Below, in pieces: positions 40,147-52,907 of a stretch of 64,000 nucleotides of DNA; position 1 is the first letter of the stretch, and each line of letters opens with the position of its first letter. Made by a program: the position numbers and the translations under genes. The notes beneath the pieces were generated by a model that had not been told where the DNA came from, did no database searches, and saw only the letters and a list, made by a program, of their open reading frames with translations. The DNA is from Hormiphora californensis. Its lineage: Eukaryota; Animalia; Ctenophora. The stretch lies in assembly GCA_020137815.1 (NCBI GenBank), contig CM035350.1:8618001-8682000 (forward strand). The letters are read 5' to 3'.

Positions 40147-41472
40147 TCACACGGCCCTTCTCCTTATGGAGGCTACCAAATTGTTCCAAAACTCCTTGAG
40201 TGCTTCGTTCAGGTTGTTATCGGTAACAAGAAGTGCAAGGGGAGCTGTGGAGGCGGCTGTGATAACGATAGTCCAGGATAGGTCCACAACCATGGCCACA
40301 CCACCCTGGTGACATCCCAAGAACAGGTCAGGATAAAGGGACTGGGGGAGCCAGGGGAGAACCGTGAGCAGGTTGAGAAGTGTGATGAGAAACACAGACC
40401 AGGGAACTGATGCCCGTTCTTTTTCAAACATCTCCTTAGATCTTTTAGCCCTTAACTGCCGAGCTACGAGCCTCTTTTTCTCCTTTCGTTCCTTTTCTTC
40501 TCTTTCTTTCTTCTCTTCCTCACTCTCTATCACTCCATCCTCTAACAAGGTACTCCCCTCTCCCTCCTCTCCCTGCTCCCTCTTCACCTTGTGTTTTGTT
40601 AGCATCATGTTAGCTACCATCAACTTGCAGGCTATCCCGGAGAACGTGACTTTGTTAGCTGTAGCCTGGACCGCCCTGTACTGGTCCACATTATGTAGAA
40701 TGAGGGGGTAGAGGATAATTGATCCTATTGGAGGCACCAGGAACCCCACAGATATTAGGATGATGGAGTGTGGGATGCAGAGGGGCAGGGGTCCTGAGTA
40801 TCGGCAGTATCCAGGGGTCGCGTCAGGGCTACATAATCCAAAGTTGGAGAGGTTGGAGAGAAATAGGGCCAGAATAAGAATTCCAAGGGCACCTGAAATT
40901 GAAGGGTTGTAGTGCTAGAATATATTACAAATGGCTCGAAATCAAGATCTAGTTCAATTGCTGGGAAAGTTTCAAACAGGGTCAGAAGCATAGAGGGGGA
41001 GGGGGGTGCAGGGGCATAAAAAATCGAGAATGAAGGGGCAGTACATACCCAGTGCCTGGTTTCTGATGGTCAGCATGCCCCTCCAGGTATCAGGGTACCT
41101 CAGGAAGATATACCGCACTGTGATTATCCCCAGAGTTGTGTAACCAGGAAGCATCATGGCAGTGGTATGGAGGGGGAGGGAGATGGAGCAACCTCCCCAG
41201 CTCTCCACAGGAACGAGAGAGAGGAGTAGAGAGGATAGGAGGAGGAGGTTAGTTATAGCGAACACCCCCACTGAATTGTACAAGTGGTGGAGGGGCCGAA
41301 CTAGTGTCACCGCGAATAGGAGCACCAGGGACGACACAAGAAGGGTGAAGAGGGCCGGAATAAAGATGATGTTTGACATTATGTTGTCTGTAAAACGGCC
41401 GCTGACCCGCTCCGCAAGAGGATCCTGACAGGACGAATTGCTGGATATATTGTCCATGTCCATATTGCTCAT
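40147..41472 (-). CDS. Orphan class-A-like GPCR, 2 exons (41472-41049, 40892-40147), ~389 aa
   Basis: A phase-1 GT-AG intron joins the two ORF-track fragments into one 7TM frame. It has N-glycosylation sites (NISS, NSS), a Cys at the top of TM3, 'TVRYIFLRYP' (DRY-like), ECL2 cysteines, a charged ICL3, TM6 'VLPWLP' and helix 8 'LNEALKEF'. Confidence 0.85.
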
Positions 41473-41802
41473 ATATCTCGTGATTTCTGGGTGTCTGGTA
41501 TCTGTTGAAGGGAGGTACTGCGGGGAGGAATATCAATAGAAGATACACACTGAGAGCCTTACAGGACATTGTTGGAGGAGGGAGCTAGGAGAATATATTG
41601 TACTCTCTGAGAGGAGAGAATAGGGACAACAATGGAGGGGGGGGATCGTACTGTATGGTTTCCTTAAGCGGGTGGGTGATTTTATTCGCTAGAATTGTAC
41701 AAGGAAATAGGAGTTAGGGAGTGATGGCGGGAAGAGAGCTAGAGTCATGAGAAATGTTTAGCACAACAACATTTAATCAGGTAACCTGTTGTGGTGTGTG
41801 TG

Positions 41803-41965
<163 letters not shown>

Positions 41966-42781
41966 TGAGTGCTAACAGAGCATGAAATCATAATAAACTG
42001 TTATTTAGGTTTGTTGATATAATTATAACATCCAGGAAAGGCTTGTTGATTAACAAGAAGCACTGTTCACTGGTCTAAAGTGGTCTGGGTCTGGGCTCTC
42101 TCTTTCTATCTGGGATTAGAATGCGGCCAAGAGCTGCCATATCTGATGAATATTTATTCTAATGAACAGGTCAATATCAAATATTACTAGCTACTGGAGG
42201 CCATTGCATTACTAGATCAATGCCACTAGAGAGAGATGGGAGTGGGAAGTAAGAACAAGTCAAGGTAATTACTATTAGGCAATTATTCTCTGTCGACATG
42301 GACAAGTCCGACAATTTTCTGTGCAGACTTCCGGTCTCTATACGATTACAAAAAGTGTGCACTGCAGTACGGGGGTTGAGAGAAGACTAAGAGAAGAAGC
42401 CGCTGTTCTGATGACTTGAGAAATGACTGCTAAGTACTATGACCTGCGACTACCACGAGTGAATAGTCCACCTAGTATTATGATGATGTCAACTCCTTAT
42501 CTCCTTCCATAGAAATCATAGAAGGAATCCTTCAAGGATATGACGTATGTATAATTGATGAATTATGTATGCTGCAATGGACTGCCTGGCCAGACTTTGT
42601 TTTGATGATCGGGGAGTGAGTATTCGGCAGGGAGGGCAGGAAATAGGGGTCAAATGTCCTACAAGCCGACGGCGATCTCATACCAATTTCGTCGGCATGT
42701 AGGACATTGTACCCCTGTATTCCGCCCTCCCTGCCGAATGACCTCGCACGCTCTTTTTGAGAGAAACGAGAATGGGTCAGG

Positions 42782-43437
42782 CTTGGTGACATAGACACCG
42801 TGCGCGACCAAGATTGAGCTCACACACAGGTGTCTGCTCCGCCTCAAAAAGGGTCGTTTCTTTCAAGGAATGTTGCACGCGATCCACTGGACCGATTTGC
42901 ATCCGGTTTGTCGCAAAAGACTACGAATGATCCTAATATACTGGAAAATACCCGAGAAGTTTGTCTGTCAACAGGAAGTGAGTCAAAATTGACACTGAAG
43001 TCAAACCTATAATCTGGCTTCTGAGAGTTTCTGCACTACGCCCATGCGATTTAGAAGATATTGGGAGATATGTTGATGCAATTAGCATCAGCTATTAATG
43101 CCGGGTATTTTCCAGTACTCACAAGAGTTCAACCTATCTTCTGATACCCTCAGATTCATTCTACACCGTCTGGGAGTGGTGCAAAAAGGCTCGGAAGCCA
43201 GATTATAGATTTGACTTCAGTGTCAATTTTGACCCACTTCCTGTTGACAGACAAACTTCTCGGGTATTTTCCAGTAAACTAGGACCAATTTGTAGTCTTT
43301 TGCGACAAACCGGATACAAATCGGTCCAGTGGATCACGTGCAATTTGGCTTGAAAGACAAGACCCTTTTTTAGGGGGCGGAGCGGACACCTTTGTGCGAG
43401 CTCGATCTCGCACGCACTAGGTGTCAATGTCACCAAG
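42782..43437. mobile_element. ~656-bp non-autonomous TIR element with ~240-bp diverged TIRs and a 7-bp TSD
   Basis: CTTGGTGACAT... / ...ATGTCACCAAG. The arms are 42782-43020 and 43196-43437, and GGTCAGG flanks both ends. Confidence 0.85.
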
Positions 43438-44029
43438 GGTCAGGCCAATGCTCTGACAGGGGAGGGCGGGTACCCGGTACCATGATCGGGTTAGGCGTCG
43501 GCACTGCCAGATAGACAATGGACTGGTATTGTTATCAATCCGTTCGAACCATTGAAACAAAATAAGTTGGTCCTTGCCATGCTACTCATGGCGATAAGTC
43601 GGGCCTGCGACAGACTGGGGACATGTCAACTACAAGTACATGGCCATTGGCCCGGTGTGACTGTTAGAGCCGACAGACTGGAACGGGAACATGTCAAGTA
43701 TGACCGGACAGAATACAGATGTTCCTAATTAACATTATTATGCTCCCAACTACATGACTAAATTCAACGAAGCGATCCGGATCAATATTGATACAATTAC
43801 ATTTATAAGGAAACATAATTGCCTGATTTGATTGTGATCCCGACAATATATGAACTGAGATCAATAGAGATCCCCAGGCAACAAAATACCAACCAAGGAT
43901 TTTCATTCTGCGGAATTATACTTTGTTGTTGAGTATTTTGTGATATTCTTATCATGTCACAATGTGATAAGGAGAACTTGGCAAATGTCCATTTGTCATC
44001 TAGAAGCTGTTCCACCGCCATCTAGATGT

Positions 44030-44117
44030 CGTCTAGAACTCTAGAAGGCGTTCCACCTTGTTGAGTAAGGGGCACCCCTTACTCAACAAATTCGACTGCC
44101 TTCTAGAGTTCTAGACG
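44030..44117. repeat. 88-nt nested palindrome (20-bp outer stem, 15-bp inner stem)
   Basis: CGTCTAGAACTCTAGAAGGC / GCCTTCTAGAGTTCTAGACG encloses TTGTTGAGTAAGGGG-CA-CCCCTTACTCAACAA. Confidence 0.9.
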
Positions 44118-44621
44118 GTAACCGCATAGACGGATTTTAACCCATACGGGCTCGGGACGTGATTGGTGTCCGTTACGTCTGGATTCAGAGATTCCGTCTA
44201 ATTCCGAACAACACCGTCTACACGGCTAGCGACTGTTACAGACGAATAAGCGGGCTTCTGAGTTCTGACGAACGTTTCATCAATCCCGTTCCAACGACCG
44301 CTGAAACCGTCTGAAACTGGATCGAAGCACGTCTCAAGCCCGTCTTAGTCAAAATCCGTCTAGGCGGCGGTGGAACGGGTTTGCGGCAAGTGAACATTTG
44401 CCGAAGAACTTCGCGGTGGCACAATCAGTGATCACATAGTGATAGAGACAGTGTCAGTGTGAACAACCGAAGCACTCAATTAATCGATGGTAATTGTTAG
44501 TGCTGTTGCCGTACAATCATACCAACACAAGAGGTGATTCAGAGAGACGACACTGCTTATCAGCTTGTGTTCTGATTTCTGAAGAATTTGGTGATTTGTT
44601 GTTTCCGTTCCAATTCCAATC

Positions 44622-45623
44622 TAGTAAGGTGATAAGCCAGGAACACCACAAAAAAATTTGTTACAAAGGAATTCCACTTCAAATGTACTCCTAAGGGTCC
44701 CCTCTATCGACTCCAACCAATGCTCATATTTGCTCAGGGGTGCTAAGGCCTCATTTCCGGGTGGGCGTGGTACCTGTATTTTCAGCCTGAGGCCAAAACC
44801 ACAAGTACCCTTAAAATAGGAGTAGAGATAAAATCGAGGGCACTAAAGTGATCAACGTCCTCGCATTAGTGGGGGTAGGTGCCGGAATTAAGTCTCTATC
44901 TCAACTGGTTAATGAGATAATTGGATAATTAGGTTTGCGCACAACCGTTTTTTGGCTATATGGCTATAGCCACTTAGGAATGGTTTAGAGACTTTTCATT
45001 GGTGCCATTTTGTAGGCAAAACGAAGTTATGGGGGGTCGACGTCGGACTTTTAAGCTCTATCTTCAACCGTTTAGCCGTTATTTGGCTTTTAAGATTCTC
45101 CAAATGAGCTAAATACGGTAAAAACCCCGATTTTGAACACCGTTAAAGCCAAATAACGGCTAAACGGTTGAAAATAGAGCTTAAAAGTTCGACGTCGACC
45201 CCCCATAACTTCGTTTTGCCTACAAAATGGCACCAATGAAAAGTCTCTAAACCATTCCTAAGTGGCTATAGCCATATAGCCAAAAAACGGTTATGCGCAA
45301 ACCTAATTATCCAATTATCTAATTAACCAGATGAGATAGAGACTTAATTCCGGCACCTACCCCCACTAATGCGAGGACGCTGATCACTCTAGTGCCCTCG
45401 ATTTTATCTCTACTCCTATTTTAAGGGTACTTATGGTTTTGGCCTCAGGCTGAAAATACAGGTACCACACCTACCCGGAAATGAGGCCTTAGCACCCCTG
45501 AGCAAATATGAGCATTGGTTGGAATCGATAGAGGGGACCCTTAGGAGTACATTTGAGGTGGAATTCCTTTGTAACAAAATTTTTTGTGGTTGAGGCTAAA
45601 ATTTTAGTTAAATCACCTTACTA
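44622..45623. mobile_element. ~1-kb foldback element with ~450-bp inverted arms and a ~50-bp spacer
   Basis: 44645-45093 is the near-perfect reverse complement of 45143-45590. The outer termini are TAGTAAGGTGAT / ATCACCTTACTA. Confidence 0.9.
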
Positions 45624-46074
45624 ATCCCTCATTTTTCCCACGGTCATGCTATGTCTGATAACGCGCCGCGCGCACTAACATACCGCGCGAAACAACACGT
45701 CCTTTCACCACAAGGAGTGCGGGTGTGTTTCGCGCGGGATGAGCTGATTTGGCTAGCAGCCAAAACGGTCACTTTTCTTTCGGCATGCACGAATTGTGTA
45801 CAGAGAGCAGTCGGGATTACTGTGTATACACACATCTCTTTGTCATAGCATGGCCGCATATCTGAAGCAGAGTAAAAACACAGAGACTTTGTTTTTTGCT
45901 AACAATAAAATCACGTAATAAAAACAATGTGTTTTCCAGACTTAACGAGATGTGTTGTGAGATGTAATTGTGGGTCTCATGAGAGACAACATAAGTGTCG
46001 AGTATTATTGTAAAAATCATAAAATATATATTCTAAAAATCATTCCATACACATTATTACCCTCTTTTCTCTCT

Positions 46075-48464
46075 CTAAGTCTTTTCGCCGCTGATATTTG
46101 AACAGTCGGTAACCAATTTAGGGGAGGTCAGTGTCAGTTTGGGTTTTTTAGAAGGACTAGTACTGCTATTTGAACCACCCTGTCCCATACCTCCACCACC
46201 TCGTGACCTTGGCGGTAGCTGGGTGTTAAAAGTGTTCGGTAGAGCTCCTTTACTCACTATCCCTAGCACGTTTCTGTGTGCCTCTATCAGATGGTGCACA
46301 TAGGCGTCAAATGAGGTGAGTGTGAGGCTACAATGGGTGCACTTGTTGCCTGGTCGATTAGGGGTTGTAGCTGCTGGAGGCGCTGGAGCTGCTGGGATAG
46401 GGGCAATGGGGGCGTGGTGTCGAGTAGGGGTGGGTGAGGGAAGATGTCGTATTGGGACTGGAATTGGAGCTGGTAGGGGATCAGTTTGTAATGGTGCCAG
46501 ATCCAGTTAAAGATGCCCCTCCTCCCCCTCTCCCTTCTTCAGCCCGTATCTGCTGGTCCCATTCTGCTAACATTGTACTAGTTATCCTGATCCTGTGCTG
46601 TTCCGTTACATGCCGCTTCAACTCGGACAACTTGTCTCCAGTCCACACACAGCCGGTAACAAAACAGCAGTGGTTCCTTGAGGCAGACCGGGGTCTAGTT
46701 GTGCTAGAGGTTGAGGTAGTTGTTAGGGTCGGTTCAGTTAACTCTAACTTGGCCTCTGGGTGTTCCCGCTGGGGCGGCTGTTTGGGCGGGGGGATGGGGT
46801 CTTTATAGAGGAGATTCATCAGGTACGCCTGGTAGAGGTAGTACTGGTGTAGGTATTGCAGATCCGCTAGCGAGAAAATGGGAGATTTAGGAGGAGCGAG
46901 AATGGGGCTGGGTATAGTTGGTTTTATTGAAGTTGGAATTGCTAACCCAGCTAACCCAGCACTAGATAACATACTCTCCGCCTTGCCAATTTGCCGCTGT
47001 GATTGCAAGATGTGATTCAAAATGTCCTGTTTCCCACATTCATCCACAACTATTTCCTCCTCTGCTGGTGGACCCGGGGACACTGCACGGGCTGCTGAGG
47101 GGGAGGGACCCTGACCAGCAGGGGACGGTTCTCCCCCTCGTCCTGAGGAGCTGCAGGGTGAGATCCCCGAGGAAGAGGCTGAGGCAGTAGCAAGGGGCCG
47201 GGGTGAGATGACCATGGGGGTGGAGACAATCGGGAGGGTCTTGGGAGGTGGGGAGATGATGAGAGGGCTCTTGGGTGTCAGGCTGGGTGGTGAGAGGAGT
47301 TGCTCCTTCCTCCTGACAGGGGTTCTAATAGTGGGGGAGGGGGAAGGAGGTTCCCCCTTCCTGCATTTCTCTCCATGCTCCCTCAGATCGTGTACACTGT
47401 CAAAGGACACTGAACACTCCTTACACCTGAATTGTCGGCAGGCAAAGGGCACGGTTAAATCACCTATACCATGGGCTCTGTGGTGGTGTTCTCTCAGCTT
47501 ACTGAGACTATCGAACACAACCTTAGTAGTACAGTATCGACACCGCTTTAGGGAAGTCTTCTTGCTGGAAGATCCCTTTCCAGTCTTCATCCGGGCATTC
47601 TTGTGGGCTGACCGGGGTTTAGGTTTCTGCTCCGACCCCCGGTTTACATGTATCTTATCGAATATGTTGGAGGGTGCTGGAGTGGGGGAGGATGGTGGTG
47701 TGTATAGGACATTATCAATATCAACACTTCTCCTCTCCATCCGGACCACTTGTATTACTGGTATCTCACCAGCCTCTCCTTTGCACTCCTCATTATGTCT
47801 CGTCAGGTGCTCCTCTCGAACCGTTATAAAGAGACAGTGGCTGCATTTATATACATGTTTCTTGGCCCGGTGAGCTTTCATATGGCTGACTATGTCACTG
47901 TTTGCGTTGCAGACGAACCCGCACCGGTGACAGGTGTACTCCTTAAATGTTCGTTCGTCCGTGTGTGGTCCAGTCGCCAGATGTTCCTTCAGAAGCAATC
48001 CTGGGGAGGGAGGGGGTGTTAGGGAGATAGAGGATATTATAGAGAGTGAGATGAGTGAAGCAGGTGTGTGGGAGGGTAATAAGGAGAGAAGATGAGAGGG
48101 TGAGAAAGGGAAAATAGCACATTACAGAAAACATGCTACAACCATCCTAGGGATTTAGCAGCTAGAAAACATTGTGTATTGGTCCTTGTGAAAGTGTTAA
48201 TGTTACAATGCTAGGGGGAATGCATTAACAGAAGGGGTACCCCCCATTTTAGGGCTAATCACTCTCCTCCTCTCTCACACACTACTGTCGCAACACTACA
48301 CAGCTATCATCGCATACCCCCCTCCCTCAAACTACTACATTATTACATAGTGTGCATTTTATGCTGTAGTATATATAAAACCATTTCTTCGCACGAATTG
48401 ATGTGATACATTCTAAGGTGCAAGGATGATTGGCTTGCAAAAAACACAGAGAGAGAGTGTGTGA

Positions 48465-48521
<57 letters not shown>

Positions 48522-49354
48522 TGCAATCCCCCCGGTACACACAGACACCGTCCCGTGATTAGCTCCCAATCCTACACACTCGTATTGCTGTTGTATTGCA
48601 TACACACAGGCATGCATCACAATACAACATCTCTCTCAGCTCGCTCTCTCCCTCTATTTCTTTCTCTCTTCAACTCTCCCTCTCCTTCAAGTGCACGTGT
48701 ACTCAGTACTGTATGTGTGGTGCCGCCCCAGGCCCCCTTATTATACTGCAGCAATACCCACAGACATGTACAGACCATATTATTGCACAAGATCTCTCTA
48801 CAGCTGTATAATAAAGAGGACAGATCTGTGATGTGTAAATTCATATCCAGCTGCTCCTTATTAAATATTCATATGTTTATGCACCTATTATATCACTGTC
48901 TACTACCAGACTACATGAAAATATGATTGTAATCTATGGAAAATAGGGGAGGGGGGGGGCTAGAAAATTATCCTAAAAACCTAAAATAATAATTAAACAA
49001 TTGATTTCACTCACCCTGAGAGAATATCTCGTTGCAATAAGGACACTCGTATTCCTCCTCTTGGTCCCCCGTACAGTGGTCCACGTGGGCCGTCACATGC
49101 CTCGCGTTAACAGAGCTATAACTGCACATGGGGCACTGGTATCTGGTGGGAGCATGGCCAGTCTTCTTGTGGGCTGACATTGTCACCTTACTGCGGGTTA
49201 GGAACCCACAACGACTACAAGCTAGTACTCCCTCCTCGGTGTGTAGGGTTCGGTGTAGGGCGGCTGAGGGGAGATCAGGGGCCGTGTAGGCACATTTCCC
49301 ACAGTCCAGTGTGGGAGGAGGGGATGATGGAGTGGTGGATCCCTCACATACCAT
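46075..49354 (-). CDS. Multi-C2H2 zinc-finger protein. Exons ~49362/49354-49015 and 48000-46075, with an apparent 1-nt frameshift at ~46505
   Basis: About ten CxxC...H/C fingers. The phase-1 splice completes the finger 'CPYCNEIFSQGLLLKEHLATGPH'. A further finger 'CTHCSLTLTSFDAYVHHLIEAH' and an NLS-like PSKKPK lie in the shifted frame beyond the ORF-track stop. Further 5' exons may exist. Confidence 0.85.
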
Positions 49355-49610
49355 GTCACTTCCTGAAATTGGGGGAATTGGTGGTGAACAAAATTAGATG
49401 TAACAAAAAGGCGATTTAAATATTCGTAAAATTGGTGAAGAAACAATTGCAAAAAAAGGTCAAAGCGTGTCTCTTTCTCTCTCTGTCGCTCTTGTGTTTC
49501 ACAAATTTCAACAAATGATGATCGAGCACAGCAATATTTCTCTCGTTCGGTAAAAAATGACAAAAATAACTGCAGGCATACATGATCGAGAGGTGGGGAG
49601 AAATAAAGAA

Positions 49611-49699
<89 letters not shown>

Positions 49700-50177
49700 A
49701 GTCGCAATACCACGCCGTGGGAACTGGGAGAGCGTGTGTGCAAAAACAGCTGTTCAGAGTTTGCAAGAGAAGGAAAGAAAAGTTAAAGTAAGGCACACAG
49801 AGATAATGATAGAGCAATAGAGAGAGAACAAGTGAGAGAGAGATAGAGCAGGTAGTATAATACTAGAGAGAGATGAATGTACTACAAAGCGGTAAAGGGA
49901 AGATATATTACAAGGAAAGGAGAGCTTTTACAACAACAATTGCTCGCGGTACACATACCATAAATTACACTTTCTCTCTCCCTCTCCCTTTACTTTCTAT
50001 CTCTCTATCTTTCTCTATCTAACTCTCTCTCTCCCTATCTCTCTCTTCTCTATCTTCAGTCTCTTGTATGTGTGTGGAAGCTAAAAGCATTCGTTGCCTG
50101 GCAACTTGGTATTATATACACGCAACCTTTCCACAGCTTACAGGATGTAAGTCACGTGCTCTCTCTCTCCCTCTCAT

Positions 50178-50251
<74 letters not shown>

Positions 50252-51863
50252 TCCCTCGCTGCGAGTGTAGCCACCAACATACACGAGAAGAGAGAAAGGA
50301 GGAGAGGCTCACTTGAGAGAAAGAGAGACAGGGCAACAACATTCCTACCAGCTGCAGGGAGTAAGGGAGAAAGGGAGTCATAATTTATCCAGCGAGTCTA
50401 ATTGGTACTAGTAAACAACTGCTGTGTATTGCTCCCCACGCTGTTTGTATGTGCAGAATAGAGAGATATATTATATAGAGAAATAAAGAGAGAGAAAGAT
50501 AGAGAAAGATGGAGAGGGTGATAGAGAGAAATATGTAGAAAAGGATAGGGAAATAGAGAGAGAAAGAAAGATAGAGAGAGAAAGAAAGGCAGAAAGAAAT
50601 GACACATGTTTCTACTGTAACAGATGCACTAAGAACACACATAATGTGTGTGTACACTCCAACAGGAAACGATAGAGATGCGAGCGCAACAATTCTATGT
50701 GTACAACAGCGATATAATACAACGGGAGGAGGTGGTGATATAGTGATACAGCTCAGATAAACTTCTGGAGTATTTATTTCACTGCCAAAGAAACGCAACC
50801 ACTTTCACTCTCCCCTCTCTCTTCCTATTTTCCCTCTATATCTCTCTCCCTCTCTCTCTATCTCACTCTTTTTTTCTCTCAGCTACCTCTCTCTCTCTCG
50901 CTCTCTCTCTTCTCTTCTCTTCCTATCCTCTCTCTCTCTCTCTTTTAAATTCACACGCACACCACGACAAAACATACATTCATATTTGCTGGAGTGTAAC
51001 ACGTGTATACAGCCCTCATTCATGACACACACTAGCGGTGCCCAAGTGGCTAGAAGTGGAGGGGGAGAGAGGAGAGAGAGGAGAGAGAAGAGATGACGAG
51101 AGAGAGAGATGAGAGAGAAGAGAGAGAAGGAGGAGAGGAGGATGAGAGAGGGAGGGAGAGGGAGATGAGCTCTTCCGAGGTGACAGACGAGAGGGAGGGA
51201 GAGAGAGAGAGAGAGAGCGATAGAGAGATGAGAGAGAGAGAGAGAGAAGAGAGGAGCTAGAGGAGAGAGAGAGAGAGAGAAGAGGAGAGAGAAGAGAGAG
51301 AGGAGGCCAAGGGGAGGGGAGAGAGAGAGAGGGAAGAGAGAAAGAGAGAGACGAGCGAAGAGAGGGAGAGACGAGGAGAGCGAGAAGATGAGATGGAGAG
51401 AGAGAGAGAGAAATAATGTGTGTTACTAAAGTTAACTTAAGTTTTGTTAAAGTCTAGAGTGGAGCTACTAAAGAGGACAATAACACCAGTCTCTGTGTAA
51501 AGCACTTTAGGAGTAAGTGCAACAGTCGCGCACATGTAGTACATTTGTCTCAATGGGAGATCATTACATGGAGCCCCAAAGTGGGGGGGGGGGAGACGGG
51601 AGAGAGAGAGAGAGATGAGATGAGAAGACGGGAAATGAGAGAGAGAGAGAGAGACAGGAGAGAGAGAGAGAGGAGAGAGAGAGGAGAGTATAGAGAGACG
51701 AGATTGAGATCAGTTCGAGAGAGAGCAGAGCGAGAGAGTGAGATTGAGCACGAGACGAGAGAGAGAGAGAGATGAGAGGAGAGGATAGAGAGAGAGAGAT
51801 GAGAGAGACGAGAGAGACGAGGAGAGAGAGGAGAGAGAGATGAAGAGACGAGGAGAGAGAGAC

Positions 51864-51903
<40 letters not shown>

Positions 51904-52615
51904 GAGAGAGGAGAGAGAGAGAGAGATCGAGTGGAGATGAGAGAGGAGAGAGAGCGACAGAGAGATGAGAGAGAGAGGAGATGATGAGAGAGCGAGAAGA
52001 GAGAGGACGAGAGAGAGGAGAGAGCTGAGAGAGAGCAGAGGAGGCCTGAGAGATGGAGAGACGAGAGAGGAGGGAGAAGCGAGGAGAGAGAGAGAGACGA
52101 GAGACGATGAGAGAGACGAACGAGGAGAGAGAGAGACAGGGAGACTGAAGGAGAGAGAGAGGACGAGAGAGAGATCGGACTCGATGAGAGACGAGAAGAG
52201 AGAGAGAAGAAAGGAGATGGTGACATTGAGACTATTGTACTATTGCCACTCCAGTTTTATACACAAACATCAAGCAGAGAGTGAGATGGTGGGACACAGT
52301 AATAAAGGAGTGTGAGCTGTGACGTATTGATATCGATACCAGATGAGATTGAGCAACATAATGCAATAAATAGTGCAATAATACAGAACTATGGTGAAAT
52401 ATAGAAGACTATTTACTGAAAATAGAGAGATCAAGATCGCAACAGAGTGAATATTATATTCAATTATGAAATGTAGACTATTGCTCCTTTCTCTAAGAGC
52501 GGGTGTACAAAGCGATCACATGCATGATGCAGCGAGAATATGATAAATTGGATCATGGGCTTTCTATTTTTCTACATCTCTCTCTCTCTCTCTTCCTGAC
52601 TATCACTCTAGAAAG

Positions 52616-52685
<70 letters not shown>

Positions 52686-52868
52686 CAGAGAGAGGGGATA
52701 GAGTGAGAGAGGGGGTAATACAGCTGAGAGGATTGCTGCTAAGTAAACACCCCCACAAAGAAACGAACCTGATGGTCCACCTTGCCGCCTTGCTTTTCTC
52801 TTTCCTCTCCTGTCACCTGAAGGGGAAGTACCTGTCAGAGTGGGAGAAGAATGAGAGAGATGTAAGTC

Positions 52869-52907
<39 letters not shown>

